Shown: positions 50,193 through 63,275, counted from the stretch's first letter. The stretch: DNA of 64,000 bases from Malacoraja senta (GCA_038087875.1 CM075989.1:11968001-12032000), one strand, 5' to 3'. Translations and numbers: made by a program. The notes: generated from the letters alone by a model not told the origin.

Positions 50193-53100
50193 GGGTCAGT
50201 GGTGGAGAGAGTTAACTGCTTGAAATTCCTGGGTGTTAACATCTCAGATGACCTGTCCTGGGCCCAGCATATAGATGTAATCACAAACAACGTACAGCAT
50301 TGCCTTTACTTTCTTGGAAGTTTAAGGAGATTTGGCATGTCACACAAAACTCTAATACATTTTTTACAGAAGCACTGTAGAAAGTATTCTGACTGGTTGC
50401 ATCAAGTCCTGGGACGGCAATTCCAAAGTACAGGAACACAAAAGGCTGCAGACAGTGGTGGATTCAGCCTGGTCCATCACGAGAACAGTCATCTCCACCA
50501 TTGAAGGCATCTACGTGAGGCACTGCCTCGAGGCGGCGGCATCTATCATCAAGGATCCCCACCATCTGGGCCATGCCCTGTTCGCGCTGCTAACATTGGG
50601 CATGAGGTACAGAAGCATGATGTCCCATACCACCAGGTTCAGAAACAGCTACTTTCCTACAACCATCAGATTCTTGAGCCAACCTGCGCAGCCCTAATCC
50701 TACCTTGACAACAGAACACCGCGGACCACCACATGGACTTGTTTATTAATTGTGCTTCCACTAATATCTTGATTTTTGCACAGTCTTTTTTCTTTTCACT
50801 GTCTTATAGAACTTGTGTAATTTATGTATAATTTATGTTTTTTGTGTATTGTCTAAGATTATGTGCCTGTGATGTTGCTACAAGCAAGGTTTACATCATA
50901 CCTGTTCTTCACCGCACTTGTGCATATGACAATAAATTCCACATCAGATTGTTGTTGAACTAACCAGAGTGCCAATTGGTGCTGGGAGCATCACGGTCTG
51001 CGAAAATCCCTCAGCAACTTGTGAGCTTTATAACAATGAAGTTAGTGTAATCTTGGCTCGGGTTATGGCGTCACTACAAATAAGCATCCCGTATGATCTG
51101 TCCCTCACAGCCATAGAATCATCAATCTATACCCCCCGAAGCAAATCCTTTGGCCCACCTTGTCCATGCTGACTCGAGACGTGCCCAAGACATTAAACTA
51201 ATACCAACTCCACCTGAAACAGAAAGATGCGGCACCTTTCCTGCCTGTTGCCCATTGCCACGTGGGCTGAAGTATCAGTTAAAAGGTTGGTCTGCACAGC
51301 AGATCCCTTGGGTCTGGAGAAATGATACCAGCTCAGGTTTGAGGTTTGATGCTGAACCGGAGCTGGTGTCTGTTGTCCCACCACACAAACGGGAGGGGCA
51401 GTGTTAAGGTTTACATCAAATATAAAGTTGTGCCGACCCAGACTACATTCAAAATGATATGTGAGATCCCAGTTTCCGAGCTGCAGTAATTCAGGCTACA
51501 TTGTACTAAGAGTATTCATTCTATTGCACAATTGTGGGGGTTCTCAACCGTTGGATTCCATGATCCCCCGCCCCTCATCCCACCCTCTGATCTCCAGGGT
51601 CTTGCCATTTATTGTGTATTCCGCAGCCATGCATTTGCTCTGGATTTAGAAAGAGGAATAGATCCTTAATCCCAGGGGAAGGAGGGAGGTGCGGACTCCA
51701 CGTGCAGTCTCTGAGCTCCCATTGCCAGCGCCGGCCCGTCTGACCCCAGCTCGTTAACCTCAACACTGACTGACACTTTGAAGAGGGCGCTCTGATCAGT
51801 TCAGCTCCTTCATCTTCACACGATGCACGCAGCTTGCACATGATTTGATTTGCCAACAGCAACAGTTCAAGAGTAAAGCAAATCTAACCAGCCTGAATCT
51901 CCTGATCTCTGGGGAACGAGGCAGGAAGTCAGGCAGCTGAAACATCTATTCTTGCACAGAATGTTTGATAATATGTAGGGCATGGCTTACTCTGATATGC
52001 AGCGTAAAGAGTGTTACATGTAGTGAGAGCAGTAATGTAAGGAGCCCAAGAGGTTTGTGGTGCACAAAGGGGTTAAATGATCGAGTAGGCCCAATGTCAT
52101 CATCCAAACTCTGGCTCCCAGGTCCTGACCTGTCACAGTGCTGGAGAAACTTGGCAAGTCAGGCAACGTTTGTAAATAAATGGATGATGTTTTGGGTTGG
52201 GACCCTTCTCCATCTGCATGTTCCTTGCCTTTACAGTGGAGCTCTGCTCATCCGGATGCTTTCCAAATGAGGAGCGACTGATTGTCTCCAGCACCCTTCC
52301 AGGCAGTGAGTTCCCGATAATCCCCCACTCCCTCAGGATATCAGGTTCATGCTGATTGAGAGAGAGTAGCCCAGCCTGATCTCACCTTCCGCCTGTGCTC
52401 AAGAGCCCAGCAGTTCCCAGCTCCATAAGTACAGCTCCAGGTTTGTTGAAAACTGTGGAGCAATCTCTGCCTCTACTACTCTCTACCTTAAAATATTCTC
52501 ATCTCCTCTTCTGCTAGTTACTTTAAATCTCCCCCCTGGTTTTCGTCCCCTCTACTAAATGAAATAGCTCCTTCCTATTTACTGTACACAAGCCCATGTT
52601 GTTTTATACAATCAAGTCCCCTTCAGCCTCCTCTGTCCCAAAGAACATAAATCTAGCCTCTCAAATCTTTCTTGATAGATACAATTTTCCAATCCTGGCA
52701 ACATCATAAATCTCCTCGCTACCCTTTCCAGTACTATCACATTTCAAAGATGCTTCAGCGAAAGCATCCTATCCAGATGCATCACAGCTTGAAATGGCAA
52801 CTGCTCTGCCTAAGACCACGAGAAATTACAGAGAGTTGTACACTCTCTCTGTCCATAATGCAAATGAGTTTTCCCCGCTTCAATCACATTGATAGTCGGG
52901 TCTATGTTAATGATTTGTAGATGTACACATGTCTGCGCTCAATCTCCAGTAATTTTGTTGATCCTCTAATTATTAGCTTACACTCTGAATTATATTCCAC
53001 TTGACCAGATCTATCTGATATCTAATATTTCCCTATTCACTGGGCAAGTTGTGGATCCTCAGCAAACTTCTTTATTGTGCTCATTGCATTTTGGAATGAA

Positions 53101-53514
53101 TCATTCAGTAGAGGTTAATAGTTTCTTGCACCTATTGAGGTTTCATAATTTTATTTACCTTACTGTCCTTTGTTGTCAAGATATCCAACCCGGCAGCCCA
53201 TCCAGCTAATCTCTCCTCATAGTCAATATCTCCAGCTCTGGCCACTAGTCTCCTCTGCACCCTCTATGGTGCAATCACATCCTTCCTGCATTGTGGTGAC
53301 CAGAACTGTACACAGTCTGTGGTTACCACTGAAGGGGTTAAAATCCAGTGAGTGCTGAGATAATGTTGAATATTTTTAAACCACACTAAGTTTCAAAAGG
53401 GCACCTGTGGGTTCAAGATGAGACCGAGGCAAAAAGCAGAAACTATTGACCAGTAAATTTAACATCTGTTATTGGCAAAATCCAGTACTCTGGAATCAAA
53501 GAGGAAATAGTTTA

Positions 53515-53650
53515 TGTAGAAACAAGCAATTGCAGATGCTGGTTTACAAAAAAGAAACAAAGTGCTGGAGTAACTCAGCAGGTCAGGCAGCATCTCAGGA
53601 GAACATGGATAGGAGACATTTCAGGTTGGAACCCTTCTTCAAACTGATGA
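53515..53650 (-). mobile_element. Penelope-derived short element
   Basis: Same unit as the other copies; another copy at about 55645-55758. Confidence 0.7.
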
Positions 53651-53719
53651 AGAAATAATTAATAATTGACAAGGTTAATTAAATCAAACCAGTCAACATG
53701 TTTGACAATTGTTTTCAGT

Positions 53720-55640
53720 TGTTTGAGGGTGTAACAAGTGAGATGGAGTGGGACCTGTAGATGTAATGTATTTGCTTTTCTAGAAAGCATTTGACAAGGT
53801 GCCATACTAAAGGTTGATGCGAACAAAAGACGCTTATAGGATTTGGGATAATGTATGGATATAAGACTTGTTATCACTATGACAAAGCAAACAGAGTCGG
53901 AATAAATGAGTCTCTTTCAGTCTATAAGGATGTTATTAGTGAAGTACAACTGGGGTTAGTTCTTGTCTGCAATTATTAACTATTTATATCAATGACCTGG
54001 AGTAGGGGTCTGAATGTAAAGCACCCGTTTGCTGATTATATGAAAATATAAGGAAGGGCCTGATGCGACTGGTCTATTTGAGTTGTAATGAATTGAATTG
54101 AATTGAATAAATTTTATTAGCCAAGTATGGTTATGTACAAGGATTTTGCCTTGGTGCTTTGCTCGCAAGTAACAACATAATATACAGTAAACAATTAAGA
54201 ATAAAACATTATAATTTAAACATGTGAGGAATGAAATAAAATACCAGAGCAAAAGGAGGCTACAGATTTTTGGTTATTGCGTAGAGCTACTAATCGTGGC
54301 AAAAAGCTGTTTTTATGTCTGGCTGCGGTGGCTTTGACAGTCCGGAGTCACCTTCCAGAGGGAAGTGCTTCAAAGAGTTTGTGGCCAGGGTGAGAGGGGT
54401 CAGAGATGATCTTACCCACTCGCTTACTGGCCTTTGCAGTGTACAGTTCATCGATGGGGGAAGGTTGCAGCCAACAACCTTCACGGCTGATCGAAAGATG
54501 CGCTGCAGCCTCCGGATGTCATGCTTGGTGACTGAGCCAAACCAGACCATGATGGAGAAGGTGAGGACAGTCTCTATAATGGCAGTATAAACTGGACCAT
54601 CATTGCCTGTGGCAGATTGTTTTCTTAGCTGCCGCAGGAAGTACATCCTCTGTTGGGCCTTTTTGACTGTGGAGTCGATGGAGGCCTCCCATTTAAAGTC
54701 CCTGGAGATGATGGTTCCAAGGAACTTAAATAACTCTACAGATGTGACTGTGGTGTTGTGGATGGTGAGTGGGGGGAGGGGATGGGGAGCTCTCCTAAAG
54801 TCTCTACAAATGGTAATAGATCGACTGAGTGAGTGTGAAGAATGGAAAATGGATTTAAAGTGTGAGATCATATTGTGGTAAAAGCTTCCAATAGGAAGAC
54901 TATTATCTAAATGGGGAGAAACTCTTAATGAATGGAGAACAGAGGGATCTAGGTTCGCATGTGCAAGAAGTGCAAAAGGTTACCATGCCAGTGCAGCAAG
55001 AAGTTAGAAAAGCAAATGCAATATTTAGCCTTTATTACAAAGGGGGTTGGAGTTTAGCGCAGCAAATTTAATGGCTGTTGGCAAGGCCACACCTGGAGCA
55101 CACCTGGCCTTCTTTTAACAAAGGATACAAATTTATTGGCGGTAATCAAGAAGAGATTCCCTGAACAAACTTATGGGATGAGAGGATTAGCCTGTCACAA
55201 GCAATTGAATCTGTATGCTTTTGAGTTTAGAAGAATGAGGGGTGAGGGGTGATTTTATTGAAACATATAGGCATGGAGGTTTATAAAATCATGAGAGGCA
55301 TAGATAGAGTGAACAGCCACACCATTTAGGAATAGGGGAGTCTAGAACTATAAGGCATAGGTTTAAGGTGAGAGGGAAAAGATTTAAAAAGGACCTAAGG
55401 GCAACATTCTTCAACCAGTGGGTAGTGCATACATGAAAATAGCTGCTAGAGGAAATGGTAGAGGTGGGTGCCATTAAGGCATTTAAAAGACACTGAGACA
55501 GATACATGAATAGGCTATATTTTTCTTACCCCTACTCCAGGTCATTAATATATATAATAAATAATTTGGAGGGATATATGCAGGCAAATGGGACTAGTTT
55601 GGCTAAGAATTTGGTCAGTATGGACGAGATGGGCCGAAGG
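53720..55640 (+). mobile_element. Old CR1 LINE interrupted by a Rex1 copy
   Basis: Decayed KAFDKVP...INDL sequence before 54080, continuing after 54815 into the CR1 3' region. Confidence 0.7.
54090..54812 (-). mobile_element. Rex1/Babar-like LINE with (ATTCA)n tail
   Basis: DFRRAPHPLPPLTIHNTTVTSVELFKFLGTIISRDFKW...KKAQQRMYFLRQLRK; same subfamily as 4302-4934. Confidence 0.9.
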
Positions 55641-56449
55641 CGTAGACACAATAAACTGCAGATGCTGGTTTACACAAAAAGACACAAAGTGTTGAGTAAC
55701 TCAGTGGTCAAGCAGCATGGATAGGTAATGTTTCGAGTTTGAACCCTTCTTCAGACTTATGTTGGGCCAAAGGCCTATTTCATGCTGTAAGCTCTCAGAC
55801 TCTAATATTCAGATGCTGAAATAATGGGAGCATCTCAAACAAAGGGCAATCGTTACAAAATAAGTTGTGGAGGGGAATTTAAAACCGAGGTGCATAGCAA
55901 TTTCTTCATTCAGTGGGTGGTGAATCTTGGCTTTGTGGAGGCTTGATCATTGGATGTTTAAAAGAGAACATAGTTTTTTTTTTAAGATTAGAGAATTGAG
56001 GGCAGTGGGGACCTGGTACAGCAGAGGATTTGATGCCTGGGATAGATCACCATTGTCATTTTGAATGGGGGCAGGTTTGAGCGCCCAGGGTCTCTCACTC
56101 CTGTTTCCAATGTTCTAGTGTTTTCTCTTATAGTGTCTTAAAAATATCATCTTAGTGTGCCACGGTGGTTCCCCTTAAACAATTCATGCTGGCATAACTT
56201 GCTAAACCAGTGCCTTTTGAAATGAAGATTGAACTCCTCCCATAGAAATATTTCCAATTATTTGTCGGTGTGATGTGCATGAGATAGAGAACGTCAACTC
56301 AATGTGCAACGCTGGTTGTGGGATCTAGGGTAAATAGTACTGAGGAGTGCAGTAGGACGGTGCCAGAAACAAGGATGAATCGCCACAATATAAATATATA
56401 TTTCAGCCTCTTTTATGACTCGTATGTCTATTTTTTTCTATGCGCAAAG

Positions 56450-57310
56450 TTGTTGGTTTCTGGGAAGCGGGGGTGGCAGCGATGGAGTATAAAAGTGTGT
56501 TCTGAGTCGTGCGCCGGGGTGGGGGATCGATCGTTGCCGCATGAAGCAGCCTCCCCACCCCTCCACGGGCCGGCGGCGTGACGTGTGCCTACATTGGAAA
56601 TTCCTTTAGAGAAATGGTCCCGGGAATGAGAACCAAAGGAGATGACAGGAATAGTGAGGCAGGTTTTGGTGATGGTGTGCTGAACTGGTGTTGTGTAGAT
56701 AGAGCGTGTGGCGGTCGGGCTTCAGGCTATTGTAATCCCCACAAACCATTCCACAAAGTGCAGTCACAAATGGCTGTTGCTTTCACGACCCTCCGTGTAT
56801 TGTGTCCAATGCCTGCCTGCCTGCCGCGGTGGGAGGCAGCGTCCCCGTGGGCCGGGCTGGGGTAGGCAGTGAACCCCGCGGGCAGTGGGAGTGTTACACC
56901 CCCGGGCCGGGTTTCCACAGCGCATTGGCCCGGCTCTCTGCAGCTACCCCGCCCCCTCTGCGGATTCCGATGCATTAGGACAGTTGTCATGGAAACGGGA
57001 TTTCCAAAACTGAAATTCAATGAGGGGTAGGACGGTATTTTAAAAACCACGGGTTAGCCTCATATTAAGGAAATATTCCGAGTTAAATCCATCAGCTAAA
57101 AGGAGACTTAGTGACTGGCGGGTGTTACTGGGAATGGCGACGTGTCCCGGGGGGGGGGGGGGGGGGGGGGATCCGGCCGCTGTCTGTCTCCACCATGAAG
57201 TGTCAGTGTGCAGCTGGGTTGTCCACCTACTGCCCGGTGCAGCGGCTCCTCAAGTAGTCCATCGCCTCCTTCCTCAGCCCCTACAGGGCCACGGCACTGA
57301 CATATGCTGA
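56450..57310. promoter_or_regulatory. Non-repetitive CpG-island-like region, putative promoter or enhancer
   Basis: CpG-rich; TATAAAA 56488-56494, TGACGTG 56579-56585, GGAAATTCC 56596-56604, inverted CCAAT 56924-56928, GC box 56947-56955, X-box GTTGTCATGGAAAC 56983-56996, GGGATTTCC 56997-57005. Confidence 0.5.
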
Positions 57311-57487
57311 CAAGATGGACAGGGTTCTGCAGAAGCTTTAGGCACGCTGGCCTTCATCGTGGAATTGAGTTGGGACGTTAAAGATGGGACGTTAGGTGTA
57401 GTTGTCTACGCCGCCTTGTGCTGGAACAACTCAGAACGTCAGGCAGCATCTCTGGAGAAAAGAAAGACGTGACGTTTCGGGTCGGAA

Positions 57488-58201
57488 AGTAGACATGCAG
57501 GCTTTGAAAGTAGGCATGCAAGTGCAGCAGGCAGTGAAGAAAGCGAATGGTATGTTGGCCTTCATAGCAAGAGGATTTGAGTATAGGAGCAGGGAGGTTC
57601 TACTGCAGTTGTACGGGGTCTTGGTGAGACCACACCTGGAGTATTGCGTACAGTTTTGGTCTCCAAATCTGAGGAAGGACATTATGGCCATAGAGGGAGT
57701 GCAGAGAAGGTTCACCAGACTGATTCCTGGGATGTCAGGACTTTCATATGAAGAAAGACTGGATAGACTTGGCTTATACTCGCTAGAATTTAGGAGATTG
57801 AGAGGGGATCTTATAGAAACGTACAAAATTCTTATGGGGTTGGACAGGCTAGATGCAGGAAGATTGTTCCTGATGTTGGGGAAGTCCAGGACAAGGGGTC
57901 ACAGCTTAAGGATAAGGGGGAAATCCTTTAAGACCGAGATGAGGAAAAACATTTTCACACAGAGAGTGGTGAATCTCTGGAACTCTCTGCCACAGAGGGT
58001 AGTTGAGGCCAGTTCATTGGCTATATTTAAGAGGGAGTTAGATGTGGCCCTTGTGGCTATAGGGATCAGGGGGTATGGAGAGAAGGCAGGTACGGGATAC
58101 TGAGTTGGATGATCAGCCATGATCATATTGAATGGCGGTGCAGGCTCGAAGGGCCGAATGGCCTACTCCTGCACCTATTTTCTATGTATCTATGTATCTA
58201 T
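57488..58201 (+). mobile_element. Young 5'-truncated CR1 LINE (copy 1)
   Basis: Uninterrupted RT C-terminal frame to stop 58103, 3' UTR and (TATCTATG)n tail; GGAA duplication at 57484-57487 / 58202-58205. Confidence 0.95.
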
Positions 58202-58236
58202 GGAACGCTTCTTCAGAACAGAAACGTCACTGTTCC

Positions 58237-59763
58237 AGAAATAGTGGATGCATTAGTGATAATTTTTCAAAACTCCTTAGATTCTGGAGTAGTTCCTGAG
58301 GATTGGAGGGTAGCAAACGTAACCCCACTTTTTAAGGAGAGAGAAAACGGGAAATTACAGACCAGTTAATCTAACATCGGTAGTGGGGAAACTGCTAGAG
58401 TCAGTTATTAAAGATGGGATAGCAGCACATTTGGAAAGTGGTGAAATCATTGGACAAAGTCAGCATGGATTTACGAAAGGTAAATCGTGTCTGACGAATC
58501 TTATAGAATTTTTCGAGGATGTAACTAGTAGAGTGGATAGGGGAGAACCAGTGGATGTGTTGTATCTGGACTTTCAGAAGGCTTTCGACAAGGTACCACA
58601 TAAGAGATTAGGATACAAACTTAAATCACACGGTATTGGGGGTTCAGTATTGATGTGGATAGAGAACTGGCTGGCAAACAGGAAGCAAGGAGTAGGAGTA
58701 AACGGGTCCTTTTCACAATGGCAGGCAGTGACTAGTGGGGTACCGCAAGGCTCAGTGCTGGGACCCCAGCTATTTACAATTTATATTAATGATCTGGACG
58801 AGGGAATTGAAAGCAACATCTCCAAGTTTGCAGATGACACTAAGCTGGGGGGCAGTGTTAGCTGTGAGGAGGAAGCTAGGAGACTGCAAGGTGACTTGGA
58901 TAGGCTGGGTGAGTGGGCAAATGTTTGGCAGATGCAGTATAATGTGGATAAATGTGAGGTTATCCACTTTGGTGGCAAAAACGGGAAGGCAGACTATTAT
59001 CTAAATGGTGGCCGATTAGGAAATGGGGAGATGCAGCGAGACCTGGGTGTCATGGTACACCAGTCATTGAAAGTAGGCATGCAGGTGCAGCAGGCAGTGA
59101 AGAAAGCGAATGGTATGTTGGCCTTCATAGCAAGAGGATTTAAGTATAGGAGCAGGGAGGTTCTACTGCAGTTGTACAGGGTCTTGGTGAGACCACACCT
59201 GGAGTATTGCGTACAGTTTTGGTCTCCAAATCTGAGGAAGGACATTATAGCCATAGAGGGAGTGCAGAGAAGGTTCACCAGGCTGATTCCTGGGATGTCA
59301 GGACTTTCATATGAAGAAAGACTGGATAGACTTGGCTTATACTCGCTAGAATTTAGGAGATTGAGAGGGGATCTTATAGAAACGTACAAAATTCTTATGG
59401 GGTTGGACAGGCTAGATGCAGGAAGATTGTTCCCGATGTTGGGGAAGTCCAGTACAAGGGGTCACAGCTTAAGGATAAGGGGGAAATCCTTTAAGACCGA
59501 GATGAGGAAAAACTTTTTCACACAGAGAGTGGTGAATCTCTGGAACTCTCTGCCACAGAGGGTAGTTGAGGCCAGTTCATTGGCTATATTTAAGAGGGAG
59601 TTAGATGTGGCCCTTGTGGCTAAGGGGATCAGGGGGTATGGAGAGAAGGCAGGTACGGGATACTGAGTTGGATGATCAGCCATGATCATATTGAATGGCG
59701 GTGCAGGCTCGAAGGGCCGAATGGCCTACTCCTGCACCTATTTTCTATGTATCTATGTATCTA
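58237..59763 (+). mobile_element. Young 5'-truncated CR1 LINE (copy 2)
   Basis: RT domain, 3' UTR and (TATCTATG)n tail; TGTTCC duplication at 58231-58236 / 59764-59769. Confidence 0.95.
58383..59666 (+). pseudogene. CR1 ORF2 reverse-transcriptase fragment (427 aa open, endonuclease missing)
   Basis: [48 protein letters not shown] motifs; frameshift upstream near 58335. Confidence 0.92.
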
Positions 59764-59824
59764 TGTTCCTTTCCCCCAGAGATGCTGCCTGACCCGCTGA
59801 GTTGCTACAGCACTTTGTGCCTCC

Positions 59825-60300
59825 TACACCGTTGGACTATTGTGTTCAGTTTTGGTCACCCTTCCAAAGGAAGGATGCCATTAAGCTGGAATGAATGCAG
59901 AGAAGATTTATCAGAATGCTCCCAGGACTCGAGGCTATATGGAGGGATTGGACAGGTTAGGACTTTATCCCTGGAACACAGGAGGCCGATGGTCTTATAT
60001 AAGTATGTGTATAAAATCCTGAGGGGCACAGATAGGGTCAATGCGCAGTCTTTATTTCCCCAGAAAGGAGAAATCAAGAACGAAAGAGCATAGGTTTAAG
60101 GTGAGAAGAGAGTAAGCTGAGGAGCAACTTTTTCTCACTGAGGGTAGTGGAGACATGGTTATGTGCGAGCTGCCAGTGGCAGGTACAATAACATTTTAAA
60201 TATATTTGTACAGGTACACGGATTGGAAAAATCGAGGGGGATCTGGGTCTGACATGGACGTGGTATCTTAGTCGGCATGGACAACTTGGGCCTATGTCCG
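59825..60300 (+). mobile_element. Degenerate CR1 3' fragment
   Basis: DYCVQFWSP and VYKILRGTDRVNAQSLFP. Confidence 0.75.
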
Positions 60301-60627
60301 TGCTGCGTAAGTGTGACAAGCGGAGCTTGCTGTGGCCACATCTGTCGATGGGCTTCGGCCAACATGTCTCCTCCCCTGCCTTTGAACCAATTCGTGTCTG
60401 GATGCGCACGGAGAAGCAAACAGGCGCTTTCACCATCCGTGTGAGGTCGGACTGAATCAGAGCTGCAACACCCAACTCCAAACCTTTCTCCTCCCACATT
60501 TGCCCTCCCGCTGGTCACAGCTGGTGGGCGCTGTGTTTTCAGAGCGCCCTCAGTGAAGGAAACCATCCCGGTCCCCTTCATAGGGCATCTGCTGGAAACA
60601 GTGACATGTCGACAGCCTCCAAGGAGA

Positions 60628-60780
60628 GAAGAGACACTTGGCAACAACAAACTGCTGGTTGAACTCATAGGGTCAGGCCACAGCTGTGGAGGAAATGAAC
60701 AGTCGGCGTTTCGGGTCCCCACCCGAAACATCGTCTTTGCATTTCCCTCCATGGACTCTGCTTGGCCCGCTGAGTTGACG
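60628..60780. mobile_element. Penelope-derived inverted pair
   Basis: GTTTCGGGT...ACCCGAAAC palindromic centre at about 60708-60729. Confidence 0.6.
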
Positions 60781-61802
60781 TACAAACTCCACATCATCCG
60801 CAGTGAAATTTTAAAACAAACTGCAACACTTGGTATATTTTTTGCACATAAACCCAGCGCAATAGGGCGACGGTGAACGTGTGCGCGGTTAGACATCGTG
60901 AGCAGGGTAAGACAGAATTCCCAGCGGCCGAAGTAAAGCAGAGGAAAGGTTACCTCTGACATCAGTTACATAAAATGGAACACCGCAAGAACAGGGACCT
61001 GCATTTCCAAAACGCCTATTGCAATCTAGAGACATCTCAAAGTTCATAGTCCGCAGTATATATTGTAGTCTACTGTATAGAAAATGTCAAGTCGAGTCGA
61101 GTCGAGGTTACTGCCATCTGCACAAGTATGGTGAGATACAGGTACAATGGAAATCTGGAATATCAATGAAAACGCAACAGCCAGTGTGTGCACAGGAAGC
61201 GCCCACAAAATACAAAGTTGGAATAACTGATAATCAGTTTTAGTGACGTTGGTTGGAGGATGAACCGGTCAGGGATCCCCTCCTTCAGAACAATGCAGCG
61301 GCGGCCTTGTGTGTCACCTACGCGCCTGGGTCATTTACAGCGGCCAGTTAACCCGCCGACCCGCAAGTTTCTAGGATGTGGAAGGAAACTCATGCTGTCA
61401 CAGGGATGACGTGAAAACTCCACAACAATAGCAGTGAAAATAAAATAAAACTGCAGATGGTGGAAATCTAAAAGAAGAACAGAAAATGCAAAAAACGCTC
61501 AGTAGATCAGGCCGCTTCTACAGGTGAAGAAACGGAGAAGAGGTCAGACCTTAAACGTTGACTCTGTTTCTCTTCCCACACAAACAGCACCGAGGTCAGG
61601 ACTGAACCCGGATCACTGCAGCTGTGAGTCGGCGACTACTCGCTGTCGCGTCCCACTGTGAGAGTGTTCCAGATTTCTACCATCCTGTATTTCAAAATTC
61701 TCATATGTCCATCCCTGCTGGCGGGGAGCCACCAAGCTAGTGTCTGATCGTCTACTAGATGAGAGGGAGTGTGCGCGTCCCTGCGTATACTGTACCTCTG
61801 AA

Positions 61803-61926
61803 GTATACAGTGACACGCCTGGAGTGTGCAGTGACACGCCTGGAGTGTACAACTACACATCTATGGTGTACAGTGACACACCTGGAGTGTACAGTGAGGC
61901 ACCTGGAGTGTGTTGTGTCACACCTG
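61803..61926. repeat. 21-bp tandem repeat, about 6 copies
   Basis: Unit GTACAGTGACAC(G/A)CCTGGAGT. Confidence 0.9.
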
Positions 61927-62984
61927 AAAGGTTCTTGGAGGGGTGACAGATCAACGTCCGAGTGAATAACAGTACCGGCTCAAGGGGCCGAATGCCATCT
62001 TCCAGTACCAGGTGAAAACCATACGAAGGACAATGACACATGGATGAGGAATAAAAGGGCACAGGGGATGCTGTTTAAGGTGACATATTCAAACGTTGCA
62101 GTGCTGGAGAACTGAGCTACACTGAACAGCAAAATGTCAGTGAGCAGCTGATTTTGATGCAGGTCTGAAATAGGTCATCTCCTGTCAGAGCGGCTTACCA
62201 GTATTCACAGCACCTTCTTGCCAGGGCAGAGATGGGGATCAAGCTGGTAGAAAGTGGCACCAGCCCCTGAGCCCCTCCCCATCCATCCTTACCATGGAAC
62301 TGGGGGCAGGCAAGGCCATTTCCCCCTGCTCCAGCTCCATGCCAGGTTGTTGTGCACTACACTAGCCTCCTCACATGCTTTCACCTCACCGTGTGACATC
62401 CCACACCCAGCGGATGGGAACAAGGGCAGGTTTGAAGTTTGGAGTGTATTAATCTGGGCAGTGATGTTTCAAATGAAGGTGGGTGGGAATCTGGAACTCC
62501 CTCACCCAGTGAGCACACCGAGGCAGGGACACAAGGTGCTGGGGTGGAGAAACTTTCAGATGATGGATAAGAGACGGACAGATGAGTAACTAATTCAGAG
62601 TTCGTACCACTGCAAATTTGCAGTTCTTTGCTACAGTTAAAACTCATCAACATCTGTCAGTTGCTGGGCACATCTGTCAGTTTCAGGCCAGGCTGCCTGA
62701 ACCTTGCATGGAGCGACACTGCCCCCTGGAGGTGTACGTCATGCAATACACTCTTTAGTTCTACACTCTGGTGTAGAAACAAAGAACTGTAGATGCTTGT
62801 TTATACCAAAGATACATAAAGTGCTGGAGTAGCTGATCAGCCATTTCTCAACTGTTCCCTCTCACCCTTGACATTTTATGGAAATACTCCTCACCCCAAA
62901 CCATCCCTCCTATACACACACACACCTCCCCCCACACTGACTCACACACACTCACATACAACACGCATACTTTAGCCTTTACTT

Positions 62985-63275
62985 TTTACTTTAGAGATAC
63001 AGTGCAGAAATAGGCCCTTCAGCCCACCGAGTCCGCACCAACCCCCGTACACCAACACTATCCGACACACTAGGGACAATTTACAATTTTTAAAGGTTAA
63101 TCTACAAACCTGTACATTTCTGGAGTTTGTGAGGAAACTAGAACATCCAGAGAAAACCCACGCAGTCACAGGGCGAACGTACAAACTCTGCATAGAAAGC
63201 ACCTTTAGTCAGGATCAAACCCGGGTGTCTGGCGCTGTAAGGCAACAATTCTATCACTGCGGCACTGTGCCGCCC
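62985..63275 (-). mobile_element. HE1-like tRNA-headed SINE
   Basis: Reverse reads GGGCGGCACAGTGCCGCAGTGATAGAATTGTTGCCTTACAGCGCCAGACACCCGGGTTTGATCCTGAC... Confidence 0.8.

Larger units (their letters stand above)
49985..50940 (+). mobile_element. Rex1/Babar-like LINE interrupted by the 137-bp element
   Basis: ELSVDFRKG before and SVVERVNCLKFLGVNISDDLSWAQHID after the insertion; IIKDPHHLGHALFALL...RFRNSYFPTTIRFL. Confidence 0.9.

Noticed and set aside
57402..57487. Apparent unique N-terminus on the 233-aa CR1 ORF
   Set aside because: Chance in-frame read-in from the flanking Penelope-derived element with a non-ATG start
60159..60962. 267-aa minus-strand ORF
   Set aside because: Runs through Penelope-derived and antisense CR1 debris; no recognisable domain
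61803..61926. Regular repeats superficially like a CRISPR array
   Set aside because: Head-to-tail units without unique spacers, vertebrate context, no cas genes
63205..63275. tRNA-like sequence
   Set aside because: Head of a SINE continuing into SINE body; no complete cloverleaf
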